64,000 bases of DNA from Candidatus Poribacteria bacterium (GTDB lineage: Bacteria > Poribacteria > WGA-4E > WGA-3G). The DNA lies in contig CAXXLX010000001.1 in the NCBI GenBank assembly GCA_963665235.2, forward strand, positions 608,001-672,000, given 5' to 3'. Below, piece by piece: positions 1-10,306 of this stretch (positions within the stretch are counted from its first letter, which is position 1; each line of letters starts with the position of its first letter). The notes beneath the pieces are model-generated. The model saw only the letters and a program-made list of their open reading frames with translations. It ran no database searches and was not told where the DNA came from. A program made the position numbers and the translations under genes.

Positions 1-456
1 GCGGATGCACTCACGCTCCCCGACCATGCCACCGGTGACCTCGTCAGTGGGGAATACTACCAACGTTATCTCCGCGACCTACATATTGAATTCGTGGAAC
101 GGATTCCAATACCGCTTATCTTGCATATCTGCGGACGTACCGTCGATAGGATGGAATATATCGCTCAAACGGGCATGGCCGCCTTCCATTACGACTCCAA
201 AAATGAACCGCAAGAATCCATGGATATCGTTCAGAAACGAATCGCACTGGTTGGCAATATCAATAATCCTGAAACGTTGTTTTCTAAAGACCCGGAGGAT
301 GTTCAGGCGGAAGTGGTGAAAAACCTTGAGGCGGGTGTACCGCTAATCGGGCCGGAGTGTGCTATTCCACTTCAAACGACTATTGAAAACCTCCAAACAA
401 TTCCCAAGGCTGTGCAGGAATGGCATAAAATGAACACGTCTGTTGAAAAATCTTGA
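1..456 (+). CDS. MtaA/CmuA-type methyltransferase, uroporphyrinogen decarboxylase superfamily (5'-truncated by window edge)
   Basis: Frame open from base 1 (ADALTLPDHATGDL...); ILHICG, LVGNINN and GPECAIP motifs typical of the URO-D/MtaA C-terminal half. Confidence 0.8.
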   Translation, partial: ADALTLPDHATGDLVSGEYYQRYLRDLHIEFVERIPIPLILHICGRTVDRMEYIAQTGMAAFHYDSKNEPQESMDIVQKRIALVGNINNPETLFSKDPEDVQAEVVKNLEAGVPLIGPECAIPLQTTIENLQTIPKAVQEWHKMNTSVEKS

Positions 457-470
457 AAGGAGGAATTCCG

Positions 471-3143
471 ATGAAAACGAAAGGACTGTTTTCCCTTGTT
501 TTGACAGGGCTTTTGGTTTGCTCTGTCCTCTTACCGATTGCTTCCGCCCAAGACTACACAACGTTGAATTTACCCGAAGATGCCAAAGCGCGTCTCGGTA
601 AAGGGCACATAAACGATATTGTGTATTCCCGCGATGGTACCCGTTTGGCGGTTGCAGGGAGTATAGGTATTTGGCTCTATGATACGGAAACATATCAAGT
701 GTTATCCCTAATCGGGAACGATGATGTCACGAGTGTAGCGTTCAGTCCGGATGGGCAGACACTCGCAAGTGCAAGTCGGAGCACCCTCTATTTATGGGAT
801 GTGTCAACAGGTGAAAATCAGCACACACTCACAGGGCATACGAATTGGATTAATATCGTAGCGTTCAATCCGGATGGGCAGACACTCGCAAGTAGCGGTT
901 GGGACCGCACCATCCGTTTATGGGATGTGTCAACAGGTGAACACAAGAAAACACTCACGGGGCATAAAAGTGAGATTTGGGGTATAGCGTTCAGTCCGGA
1001 TGGGCAAACACTCGCAAGTAGCAGTGCAGACAAAACAGTCCGTTTATGGGATGCGGAAACTGGCGAACACAAGAAAACACTCAAAGGACATACGCGTTCG
1101 GTTAGAAGTGTAGCGTTCAATCCGGATGGACAAACAATAGCAAGTGGCAGTTATGACAAAACAGTCCGTTTATGGGATACGGAAACTGGCGAACACAAGA
1201 AAATACTCAAAGGACATCTGGGGGGTATCGTTAGTCTATCGTTCAGTCCGGATGGGCAGACACTCGCAAGTGGCGATTTAAGTATCGATTTAGGAGACAC
1301 TATTCGTTTATGGGATACCGCAACAGGTCAACACAAACACACACTCATAGGACATAGGTCTTATATCCATAGCCTATCGTTCAGTCCGGATGGACAGACA
1401 CTCGCAAGTGCAAGTCGGAGCACCCTCTATTTATGGGATGCGGAAACTGGTGAATACAAACACACACTCACGTGGCATACGTCTTATAGCAATAGCGTAG
1501 CGTTCAGTCCGGATGGACAGACACTCGCAAGTGCATATGATGATGGCCCCATCCGTTTATGGGATGCGGAAACTGGCGGACATAAGAAAACACTCACGGG
1601 GCATCGAGATTATGTCCGTAGCGTAGCGTTCAGTCCGGATGGACAGACACTCGCAAGTGCGGGGAGTTATGACAAAACAGTCCGTTTATGGGATGCGGAA
1701 ACTGGTGAACATAAACATACACTCAAAGGGCATACAGGTCCTGTCTATAGCGTAGCGTTCAGTCCAGATGGACAGACACTCGCAAGTGGAAGTGGGCGCT
1801 TTGACGACACCATCCGTTTATGGGATGCGGAAACTGGTGAACACAAACACACACTCAGAAAGCATGCGGGTGAGGTCTGGAGCGTAGCGTTCAGTCCAGA
1901 TGGTTTAACACTCGCAAGTGGAAGTTCAGACAACACCATCCGTTTATGGGATGCAGCAACGGGCGAACACAAACACACACTCAGAGGACATTTGGAGCCT
2001 GTCTGGAGCGTAGCGTTCAGTCCAGATGGTTTGACGCTTGCAAGTGGAAGTTTAGACAATACCATCCGTTTATGGGATGCAGCAACGGGCGAACACAAGA
2101 AAACACTCTGGGGGCATGCGGATAAGGTCTACACCGTAGCGTTCAGTCCGGATGGACAAACAATAGCAAGTGGCGATTTAGACGACACCATCCGTTTATG
2201 GGATGCAGCAACGGGCGAACATAAGCGGACACTCACGGGGCATAAAGATTATATTACTAGCGTAACGTTTAGTCCGGATGGACAGACAGTAGCAAGTGGG
2301 AGTGGGGATAGTACAGTGCTGCTATGGTACACCACACCCCCTGCCACCGAGAATACAACACCTCCTACCACCGAGAATACAACACCTCCTACCACCGAGA
2401 ATGCTATAGTACGCATTTCGGCACCCCCACAGCAATTGACTCATGTTAAAGACCGGCTAACGTTTCCTTTAAAAATCATAGGCGGAGAAAACGTTGCAGG
2501 CTATCAGGCAACTGTGTCGTACGACAGGGATGTGTTCCGCTATGTTGAAAGTGCTAACGGGGATTATTTACCGGACGATGCAATCTTTGCGGAACCAATT
2601 GTTAGCGGGAATAAGGTGCAGCTCTCCGCAACGTCTCCGACAGGTAAAAGTAGTGGCGATGGAACGCTTGCCACACTCACGTTTAAAGTCATCGCTGTCA
2701 AACCCACAACCTTGGAGTTATTTGCGGTTAGTCTAGTTGATTCAGCGGGTGCGCGTTCCTTACCGCAGGTTGAGAATACAGAGATTGTCCTACTCGACCG
2801 GCACACAATTGATACAACAGGGAAACATTTCACAACCTGGGGCAAGCTAAAAACGACGGATGTTTTTCAAAACTATCCGAACCCATCTAATCCGGAGACG
2901 TGGTTTCCGTATTATCTGGCGGCAGCTTCGGATGTGAGGTTGCGTATCTACTCAATAGATGGGGACTTAGTTCGGACGTTAAGGTTAGGAAACCGGGCGG
3001 CAGGTCTGTATGTGGACAAGAGTCGTGCAGCGTATTGGGATGGCAGAAATGAACGGGGTGAACCCGTAGCAAGTGGTCTCTATTTCTATACGTTCAGTGC
3101 CGGAGATTTCACGTCGACACGGCGGATGCTGCTGCGCAAATAG
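471..3143 (+). CDS. Secreted WD40 beta-propeller protein with cohesin-like domain and C-terminal FlgD-Ig/T9SS-A-like domain
   Basis: RBS GGAGG before ATG 471; signal peptide; ~13 repeats of GH..V.SVAFSPDGQTLAS.S.D.TIRLWD; AGYQATVSYD...GDGTLATLTFKV cohesin-like segment; QNYPNP.NPETW...WDGRNERGEPVASGLYFY tail. Confidence 0.9.
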   Translation: MKTKGLFSLVLTGLLVCSVLLPIASAQDYTTLNLPEDAKARLGKGHINDIVYSRDGTRLAVAGSIGIWLYDTETYQVLSLIGNDDVTSVAFSPDGQTLASASRSTLYLWDVSTGENQHTLTGHTNWINIVAFNPDGQTLASSGWDRTIRLWDVSTGEHKKTLTGHKSEIWGIAFSPDGQTLASSSADKTVRLWDAETGEHKKTLKGHTRSVRSVAFNPDGQTIASGSYDKTVRLWDTETGEHKKILKGHLGGIVSLSFSPDGQTLASGDLSIDLGDTIRLWDTATGQHKHTLIGHRSYIHSLSFSPDGQTLASASRSTLYLWDAETGEYKHTLTWHTSYSNSVAFSPDGQTLASAYDDGPIRLWDAETGGHKKTLTGHRDYVRSVAFSPDGQTLASAGSYDKTVRLWDAETGEHKHTLKGHTGPVYSVAFSPDGQTLASGSGRFDDTIRLWDAETGEHKHTLRKHAGEVWSVAFSPDGLTLASGSSDNTIRLWDAATGEHKHTLRGHLEPVWSVAFSPDGLTLASGSLDNTIRLWDAATGEHKKTLWGHADKVYTVAFSPDGQTIASGDLDDTIRLWDAATGEHKRTLTGHKDYITSVTFSPDGQTVASGSGDSTVLLWYTTPPATENTTPPTTENTTPPTTENAIVRISAPPQQLTHVKDRLTFPLKIIGGENVAGYQATVSYDRDVFRYVESANGDYLPDDAIFAEPIVSGNKVQLSATSPTGKSSGDGTLATLTFKVIAVKPTTLELFAVSLVDSAGARSLPQVENTEIVLLDRHTIDTTGKHFTTWGKLKTTDVFQNYPNPSNPETWFPYYLAAASDVRLRIYSIDGDLVRTLRLGNRAAGLYVDKSRAAYWDGRNERGEPVASGLYFYTFSAGDFTSTRRMLLRK
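2331..2402 (+). repeat. 24-bp coding tandem repeat x3 (TTPP[AT]TEN linker)
   Basis: Three near-identical ACAACACCTCCTACCACCGAGAAT units between propeller and cohesin domain. Confidence 0.9.
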
Positions 3144-3210
3144 ATTTGGCGCGGGTTACAGCATCATCGCCATGCCATACGCGTTTGACATGCTTCAAGA
3201 GCCTGCTCTT

Positions 3211-4257
3211 TTACACTGCAAGTTCAGACAGCTTAACAGTCTGTCCGCCTGCTTCAGCGGAACGGTCCGCAGCAAAGACGACGCGGTGCGTTTCAAAAGC
3301 GGTATCAAAATCGGTCAGCGGCATCGGTTCGTTGCGACTGATGCTATCTATGAACGCCTGAAACTGCGGTTCATACGGATGGTCACTGACATCACCGGAG
3401 TCAATCAGCGAGGTTTCAAGGGTGCTCCACCTGCTTTTGTCCATGCCTTTAATTTTCGCAGAATAGATACGATTGTCAAGTAAACTCCCTTCACTTCCGA
3501 CGAGGTGGATGTGGAAGTAGTACGGTTGTAGACAATCGACACAGGAGGTAACCTTACCAATCTTCTGACCGCCTTCAAACTTCAGGAGACTCACGCTTGT
3601 CGTCTTATACTCGTAGGGTTGAAAAGCGTCCCCTGCGGATTGGGTGTGATAACTCGTGACCTCTTCAACGGTGCCATCCATAAAAAAGAGCAACGCGTCA
3701 AGGGCATGACACCCAGCAGTGAGCAGGGTGCTACCGCCAAAATCTTTTTTAATGTTCCACTCGTACTGTCCGTACCAAGGGCCGATGCCGTGGTAATAGT
3801 CAACCTCTGCATAGTGAAGTTCACCGAGCAGGCCATTGTCAATGACAGACCTAATCATCGTGAAATGTGCGCTGTAACGACACTCAAAACAGACGCAGAC
3901 GTTGACTCCTGTTGTTTTCACTGCATCTCGGATAGCGATTGCATCTTCGTAGGTGAGGCAAATCGGTTTTTCGATGATGAGATGTTTCCCAGCCTTTGCG
4001 GCGGCGATAGCTTGTTCCGCGTGAAACGGGTGCGGTGTGCAAATATCTATGATGTGAATATCCGGGTCGGCGAGCATCTTTTCGTAATCGGTATAGGCTT
4101 TGAGGGGTGTTCCGTAAGTGTCCGCTAACACTGCTTCATCGTGTTCGCGGCGTGAGCAGATAGCGGTGACATCCGCCCCTGTAACGGCTTTAAAGGCTTC
4201 AATATGGGCCCCAGCGACCCAACCGAGCCCGACAATTCCAACGTTTCGTTTATCCAT
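3211..4257 (-). CDS. Gfo/Idh/MocA family oxidoreductase
   Basis: GIVGLGWVA Rossmann motif, [17 protein letters not shown]; AAGGAG before ATG 4257. Confidence 0.9.
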   Translation of the reverse strand: MDKRNVGIVGLGWVAGAHIEAFKAVTGADVTAICSRREHDEAVLADTYGTPLKAYTDYEKMLADPDIHIIDICTPHPFHAEQAIAAAKAGKHLIIEKPICLTYEDAIAIRDAVKTTGVNVCVCFECRYSAHFTMIRSVIDNGLLGELHYAEVDYYHGIGPWYGQYEWNIKKDFGGSTLLTAGCHALDALLFFMDGTVEEVTSYHTQSAGDAFQPYEYKTTSVSLLKFEGGQKIGKVTSCVDCLQPYYFHIHLVGSEGSLLDNRIYSAKIKGMDKSRWSTLETSLIDSGDVSDHPYEPQFQAFIDSISRNEPMPLTDFDTAFETHRVVFAADRSAEAGGQTVKLSELAV

Positions 4258-4408
4258 TTTCAAGCTCCTTTTTCGAACGGTTTTAGATATTTTAGCACAG
4301 ATTCAAATTTTTTGGTAAAAAAGATTTGCTATAATTTTAAATTTTGTGTATAATTTCAACATCGGTCGTTTGGACAATTTTGTTGGTTTTTATCGCCGAC
4401 AACTTTTT

Positions 4409-4437
4409 TTGACAAGGAAAAGAAAACATGCTATAAT
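4409..4437 (+). promoter_or_regulatory. Consensus sigma70 promoter for guaB (extended -10)
   Basis: TTGACA-17 nt-TATAAT, with TG at the extended -10 position. Confidence 0.8.
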
Positions 4438-4438
4438 A

Positions 4439-4590
4439 ACCTAAGTTGCCACATAGTAGCATAATCTTCCAGATTGTGCATATTTGTGTGCAAACTAAAA
4501 GTGGACGCTACAAATATTACCTAATTATCAGCATATTTTCATTAAAGCCGGTGTTTCTAGGTCTAAAAACTTATAAGTAGCAACTTGGGT
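4439..4590. mobile_element. 152-bp MITE family A, copy 1
   Basis: TIR ACCTAAGTTGC/GCAACTTGGGT; 7-bp TSD TATAATA (4432-4438, 4591-4597); near-identical copy at 15941. Confidence 0.9.
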
Positions 4591-4673
4591 TATAATACGT
4601 TAAATTGGTAAGGAACGTTTTTTTTTAAACATTTTCGAGCCTACCTCAATATGCCTTAAAGGAGATGTTTCCG

Positions 4674-6176
4674 ATGGACACCAAAATTTCCGATGCTTTC
4701 CCCCCGAAGTTTGCAAAAGAAGGGTTAACTTTTGACGATGTTTTGCTGATTCCAGCAGAATCCAATGTGCTACCGGATGAAGTAGATACAGGTACGCAAT
4801 TGACGCGTAACCTACGGCTCAATATACCTATCTGTAGCGCGCCAATGGATACCGTCACTGAGGCGACCCTGGCGATAGCAATTGCACGTGAGGGGGGTAT
4901 CGGAATAATCCATTATAACTGTACGATTGCCGAACAGGTGTCTGAAGTTGACCGCGTCAAACGTTCAGAAAGCGGTATGATTACTGCACCGATTACGCTA
5001 ACTGAAGATAAGACAATTCGCGACGCACTGGAGATAACGGAGCGTTACCATATCGGCGGGGTGCCTATCGTGACACCGGATGGATTGCTGGTCGGCTTGA
5101 TTACAAATCGTGACCTCAAATATGAGGAAAACCTGAATCTGCCTGTAACGGCTCGGATGACCCCGAAGGAGCAGCTAATTACCGCGTCGCCGGGGGTTAC
5201 GCTTGATAAAGCGAAGCAGGTGCTGCACCAATCTCGGAAAGAAAAGCTGCCGATTGTAGATAGCGATTATCGGCTCTGTGGATTGATTACCATCAAGGAT
5301 ATTGACAAGGTTCAGATGTTCCCGAATGCATGTAAGGATGAGGCGGGTCGGTTGCGTGTAGGTGCAGCGATTGTGCCCTCAACGCCTTTGGAAAACGTTG
5401 CGTCACTCGTCGCGGCGGGTGTAGACGTGCTTGTCTTAGATACGGCCCATGGCCATTCCAAAAATGTGGTTCGGTCAACAGAATATATAAAATCGGAATT
5501 TCCGGACGTTGAGCTCGTCGCGGGAAACGTTGTTACCCCGGAGGGCACTCGGAGTTTAATTGATGCTGGCGCGGATGCGGTAAAAGTAGGTGTGGGCCCC
5601 GGCTCTATTTGTACGACGCGTGTTATTGCAGGCGTGAGCATTCCGCAAATTACCGCAATTTACGATTGCGCACAAGAGGCAGATAAATCGGACGTACCGA
5701 TTATAGCTGATGGTGGTATCCGCTATTCCGGTGATATTGCGAAGGCTATCGGTGCTGGGGCAAGCTCTGTCATGATTGGCAGTCTACTCGCTGGCACTGA
5801 CGAGAGCCCAGGGTCAACAGTTATCTATCAAGGCAGAACTTACAAAATTCACCGGGGCATGGGGTCGCTGAGTGCGATGCGCAAACGGACTGCTGCCCTT
5901 GGTGCACAGTTGAACGAGGCGGAGGTCTCGAAGCTTGTGCCGCGCGGTATTGAAGGCCGCGTCCCGCACAAAGGTAAATTGAGCAATTTTGTTTATCAGT
6001 TAGTGGGCGGTATCCGCTCCGCTATGGGATACTGCGGTACACCGGACATTGAAACATTGCGAAAGAATAGTCAATTCGTCCGAATGTCAAGCAGCGGCTA
6101 CCGAGAAAGTCATCCGCACGATATTGATATTACCGAGGAAGCCCCAAATTATACGGTTGCTAATCTGAACACATAA
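4674..6176 (+). CDS. guaB: IMP dehydrogenase
   Basis: [20 protein letters not shown] pair, catalytic [20 protein letters not shown]. Confidence 0.97.
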   Translation: MDTKISDAFPPKFAKEGLTFDDVLLIPAESNVLPDEVDTGTQLTRNLRLNIPICSAPMDTVTEATLAIAIAREGGIGIIHYNCTIAEQVSEVDRVKRSESGMITAPITLTEDKTIRDALEITERYHIGGVPIVTPDGLLVGLITNRDLKYEENLNLPVTARMTPKEQLITASPGVTLDKAKQVLHQSRKEKLPIVDSDYRLCGLITIKDIDKVQMFPNACKDEAGRLRVGAAIVPSTPLENVASLVAAGVDVLVLDTAHGHSKNVVRSTEYIKSEFPDVELVAGNVVTPEGTRSLIDAGADAVKVGVGPGSICTTRVIAGVSIPQITAIYDCAQEADKSDVPIIADGGIRYSGDIAKAIGAGASSVMIGSLLAGTDESPGSTVIYQGRTYKIHRGMGSLSAMRKRTAALGAQLNEAEVSKLVPRGIEGRVPHKGKLSNFVYQLVGGIRSAMGYCGTPDIETLRKNSQFVRMSSSGYRESHPHDIDITEEAPNYTVANLNT

Positions 6177-6220
6177 ACAATTTTGGCAAGAACTATCACT
6201 TTTTAGAAAGGAACACTTTT

Positions 6221-6769
6221 ATGAAAGTTAACGAAGAAATGTCGTTTTGGGATAGGTTGTACCTGCCCGCTTTAATTAAGGGACTGTTTACAACGTTGAG
6301 ACATATCCCGAAGAAGAAGTTAACGTATCAATACCCCGAAGACCCGAGAAGTGTGAATGAACGCAACGAACGGTATCGCGGCATTCATAAACTGACCACA
6401 ACAGAAAAAGATGAAATTAAATGTGTCGCCTGTTTCTTATGCGCAACAGCCTGCCCAGCGGACTGCATCACGATACAGGCAGCACCCGCACCAGAGGGCT
6501 GGACCACCAAAGAGGGATACCAACGTGAGAAGTATCCAGACGTGTTCGAGATTAACATGCTCCGGTGCATCTTTTGCGGATATTGCGTTGAGGCATGCCC
6601 CGAAGATGCTATTCGAATGACCGGGCTGACGTTACCACAATACTTCCGAGAACGCCAAGCAGAAGGTGAAAACCTTGGAAGTACACGCAGCGATTTCATC
6701 TTCACACGCGACATGTTGGTAGCAAATAATGACATCCCACAAGAAGGACTTAGCGTTGAAGCGCAGTAG
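6221..6769 (+). CDS. nuoI: NADH-quinone oxidoreductase subunit I (2x[4Fe-4S])
   Basis: TYQYPE, RYRGIH, CVACFLCATACP and CIFCGYCVEACP, EINMLRC. Confidence 0.9.
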   Translation: MKVNEEMSFWDRLYLPALIKGLFTTLRHIPKKKLTYQYPEDPRSVNERNERYRGIHKLTTTEKDEIKCVACFLCATACPADCITIQAAPAPEGWTTKEGYQREKYPDVFEINMLRCIFCGYCVEACPEDAIRMTGLTLPQYFRERQAEGENLGSTRSDFIFTRDMLVANNDIPQEGLSVEAQ

Positions 6770-6892
6770 GATGCGAACGAAGTAGGTCGTCCTCCAAAGC
6801 GAACGTCTACAGACTGAAGCGCAGGACTATTTAGTTTGCCGAGCTGACGTGTCCCTCGCGTAAGACCCAAAGGCACTGCCGATAAGGGAGCT

Positions 6893-7453
6893 ATGGTATC
6901 ACATCCCCCGTTTCCAAACAAGCAGTATGATATTCTTTACGCCGATCCGCCCTGGGATTACAAGGGGCAGCTCCAGCACACCGGGGCTAGCGGCAAAGAT
7001 AGCGGTGGCGCGATTCGCCATTATCCCACTATCCCCTTGGCAGAGATGATGACCTGGGATATCGCTTCTATTAGCTGTCCAGATTGTCTCCTGTTTATGT
7101 GGAGCTCGTCCCCGCATCTCGATCAGGCTATTGTGCTCGGGAAGGCGTGGGGATTTCAGTGGGCAACGGTTGCGTTTGTGTGGGATAAATGCCGTGTGAA
7201 CCCGGGTTTTTACACACTGAGCCAATGTGAGTTATGCCTCGTTTTCAAACGCGGTAAAATTCCAAAACCGAGAGGCGCACGGAATATCAGGCAATTGGTC
7301 AGGGCAGAACGGACACGCCATTCTGAAAAACCGGAAGAGGTACAACGGCGCATTGAAGCGATGTTTCCGGAGCAGAGCAAATTGGAGCTCTTCGCACGCA
7401 AGGTAGTTCAAGGTTGGGACGCGTGGGGACTTGAAATTCAGAAAGCTGTGTAA
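6893..7453 (+). CDS. MT-A70 family adenine methyltransferase
   Basis: ILYADPPW, LFMW, AWGF, HSEKP, KLELFAR, WDAWG motifs. Confidence 0.9.
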   Translation: MVSHPPFPNKQYDILYADPPWDYKGQLQHTGASGKDSGGAIRHYPTIPLAEMMTWDIASISCPDCLLFMWSSSPHLDQAIVLGKAWGFQWATVAFVWDKCRVNPGFYTLSQCELCLVFKRGKIPKPRGARNIRQLVRAERTRHSEKPEEVQRRIEAMFPEQSKLELFARKVVQGWDAWGLEIQKAV

Positions 7454-7490
7454 TCAACACAGCAGATGTTTTGGAGATGCTTGTCTATTC

Positions 7491-7514
7491 TTAACCCTTA
7501 ACCCTTAACCCTTA
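7491..7514. repeat. Heptamer tandem repeat (TTAACCC)x3
   Basis: ttaacccttaacccttaacccttaa, intergenic. Confidence 0.8.
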
Positions 7515-7532
7515 ATTTTAATTATTGACCCA

Positions 7533-10298
7533 ATGCAAGATATATCACTTAATTTTCACACCGATTCACTTTTCGCGTTAGCAGATAAAATCAAATCTAG
7601 TGTTGAGGGCCGGATAAGCTGGGGAGATACATTTGGCACTGCACTTGATTTGGAGGGTACGAAACACTTGATTGTCTGGACCCCAAAGCAGACTTCCGAG
7701 GGGCAGTTTCTCCCTGGCTTTGACTCGGCGGATGGACAGCTCGCCTTAAAAATGAAACCACGGCCGGGGGCTTGGGTGTCCTGGATTGATGAGGCGAAAG
7801 TTCACGATGAAGCCCTTGACGATTACGACCGCGTTCACAAAAGCGTTCAGGAGCTCGAACGGAACACACGGCAGATTACCGATTTTGCCGATGGCGTACT
7901 GGCAAATATAACGATTCAACACCTCGGAAAATCGCTGACACTCCCGGAATTGGCTGAAGAGGTCTTAACCGTCCGCTTGCGGATTCCGAATAACATGAAA
8001 GCCGGCGGTTACATACTCGCAAAAACAGCGGATAACGCACGTTCCCGAGCGAAAGTCATTATTCCGGAACAGACCCATATTCACCAGGTACGTTTTAACG
8101 AAGATGTCATGCTTGCTGAAATTGAGAAAGCTGAGTACGATACAGTTTTTGTCGTGCTGCGGACACATATTAGAACGTACCCTGACCTCATCGATTTGGG
8201 ATATAGTTTAAAGCTTCGGGACCGGCTATCCGAAAATAAAACCTCGGAAACAGTACCACCTGTGAGGGTGTTAGCCACTACAGCTATTTACAATCCGCTT
8301 GAGCCGAAGACACTCCGACTCGTCCCCATAGAATTTACGGCACCGATGTCGGACATTGAAGCGGCGATTTCTGAAAGCTTAATCAAAATTGAAACCTATA
8401 TGCTTAAAGCCGGGCAGCATGCCCACCGGTTGATAGAGCAATTTCGACTGGGCGTTGAAAGTCGACTGAGAGTGCTTATGCTGAATCGACAGCAACGCGT
8501 TCACAATAAGGTGTGGGATGACCTCGCTCTACGCGAATTGCGCAATACGGTGGATGCGTTTGTAGATTTCTATGTCCAATATCTGAACGAGCATTTTGAC
8601 GCAGAAGCCACACAGACAACTATAGATGCCCTTAAACAGAGCATCGACCCGATTATAGAACTTTGGCAATTACAGCAGAATCAACAGTTCACCCTTAATC
8701 ACGTCATTCAATCCAGTTATACCTTAGCGAATCAGGTATTAGACAAGGCTTCTGCGCTTTTTCATGACCTCGTTTTTGAAACCGATTTCATCGCAACGGG
8801 GCTCGTCAAGAAGGTTGATTTGGAAATCTATGAGAATGATACCGCCTTAGACGCGCTATATCTGCCGGAGTGGACATCCGGTACCGTGCGAGAAAGGATG
8901 GAACGTATCGGGCTACGTTCAACTTTGCATGCGATGCAAATTGAACGGCTGCGTGCTATTTGGCTGGCTTTTCTTGAAATTGCGAACTTTGCCAGTCAGC
9001 ACAATCAGGATTTCGAAAAGGTTATCCAACCGCTCGTCGAGATACTGTTAGCCGTGAAACCGGCAGTTGCATCTTCCCGAAATAGACAGGCGAACCGTCA
9101 AACGCCACCCAAATTCCCCGGCTTTGAGGTCTCGGAAACGGAGTTTGAAGAACTTTTGACGCACGTCGAACAGAATTACGGGACCGTAAAACAGTGGATT
9201 GAACAAGCCTCGCAAGGGGTTGCCGATAAACTCCAGCCGTATTACACAACGTTGTGGACCTTAGTTTTCAATGGCAAATTGCGAGAGAAGCTCCTTGCTA
9301 ACTTTCAACCGACTTGTGACATCAATCTCAGCGTTCCCGAACAGACGAAACGGTTGATAACCCTTACGTTGGAAAGCCAGCTTGTGGTTGAGTGCGAAAA
9401 GGACCGCAAAACTTTGGAACGCAATTTGAACCGCGCCTTACTAGCGAAAACAGGGTATAGCCTCCGCGAAGTCAACACAGCCGAGATGCTTGCTATTCAC
9501 AGCGATGTTACGCTCGCTTTACTTCGTGAGGAATTGTTACGTTACGATGAAATGTTAACCAAACGTGCGAACCGGCTCGCCAATCCGACACGGAAGGGAA
9601 AAAAGCGGAACCGCTCCCAAACAACAGAAAATGAGAGGGTTAACCCGGAATCCATGCAAGCGGCACAGACGAAGGTGAAAGAGATGATTGCATTCCTGGA
9701 ACCTTATGGACAAACGGAGGTGATTACCACACTTGCCAACGCAGGACTCGCTCACCGTGGAACGGAACTTGAGGAAATTCGCAAACAGCAGGTATTGAGC
9801 TTTGATATCAGTGAGCTCCCAGCGATAGGTGAAACGTGGCTCACCGATGTGAAAACGCTAGCTGATTACCCGAATCTCCGCATGTTTCTACTTCAAAATA
9901 GCCTTCCGATATCAACAACCGGGCGCATTTTGATGGAACTGCGCGGTATTTTGTCCGACTCGCTTTTTGACCAGGTCTTAGCTTTAATTCAGGAGGTCCA
10001 AGCACTTCAGGATAGCGATTATAAGGGCGAACCGCTAGCGCAGTTTGTCGCCTATATATCTGAAAAGTTGTGGCGTTGGGAATTAACGCAGATTACCTCT
10101 GAAGAACTGCCGACTATCGTCAAAGAGAAGGTTTTAGCATCCGTAATCTGTTATGAAAAAGAGGTGGAAACCTTGATGGAGTACGTTGAACGTTATGAAG
10201 AACTGCTACAAACCAAACTGGAGGCTGATTCGGAGATGCGCGGACAACGGGAAACGCTTGAGAACCGATTTCAGGAAATCGTTGAAACCCTTTTATAG
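7533..10298 (+). CDS. Large hypothetical protein (921 aa, predicted largely helical/coiled-coil)
   Basis: Long uninterrupted ORF with protein-like composition; no recognised motif. Confidence 0.75.
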   Translation: MQDISLNFHTDSLFALADKIKSSVEGRISWGDTFGTALDLEGTKHLIVWTPKQTSEGQFLPGFDSADGQLALKMKPRPGAWVSWIDEAKVHDEALDDYDRVHKSVQELERNTRQITDFADGVLANITIQHLGKSLTLPELAEEVLTVRLRIPNNMKAGGYILAKTADNARSRAKVIIPEQTHIHQVRFNEDVMLAEIEKAEYDTVFVVLRTHIRTYPDLIDLGYSLKLRDRLSENKTSETVPPVRVLATTAIYNPLEPKTLRLVPIEFTAPMSDIEAAISESLIKIETYMLKAGQHAHRLIEQFRLGVESRLRVLMLNRQQRVHNKVWDDLALRELRNTVDAFVDFYVQYLNEHFDAEATQTTIDALKQSIDPIIELWQLQQNQQFTLNHVIQSSYTLANQVLDKASALFHDLVFETDFIATGLVKKVDLEIYENDTALDALYLPEWTSGTVRERMERIGLRSTLHAMQIERLRAIWLAFLEIANFASQHNQDFEKVIQPLVEILLAVKPAVASSRNRQANRQTPPKFPGFEVSETEFEELLTHVEQNYGTVKQWIEQASQGVADKLQPYYTTLWTLVFNGKLREKLLANFQPTCDINLSVPEQTKRLITLTLESQLVVECEKDRKTLERNLNRALLAKTGYSLREVNTAEMLAIHSDVTLALLREELLRYDEMLTKRANRLANPTRKGKKRNRSQTTENERVNPESMQAAQTKVKEMIAFLEPYGQTEVITTLANAGLAHRGTELEEIRKQQVLSFDISELPAIGETWLTDVKTLADYPNLRMFLLQNSLPISTTGRILMELRGILSDSLFDQVLALIQEVQALQDSDYKGEPLAQFVAYISEKLWRWELTQITSEELPTIVKEKVLASVICYEKEVETLMEYVERYEELLQTKLEADSEMRGQRETLENRFQEIVETLL

Positions 10299-10306
10299 GA
10301 GATAAT

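Noticed and set aside
7491-7514. Telomere-like (TTAACCC)n
   Set aside because: Only three units; comparable to the other heptamer repeats in the window (TTGCTAA)
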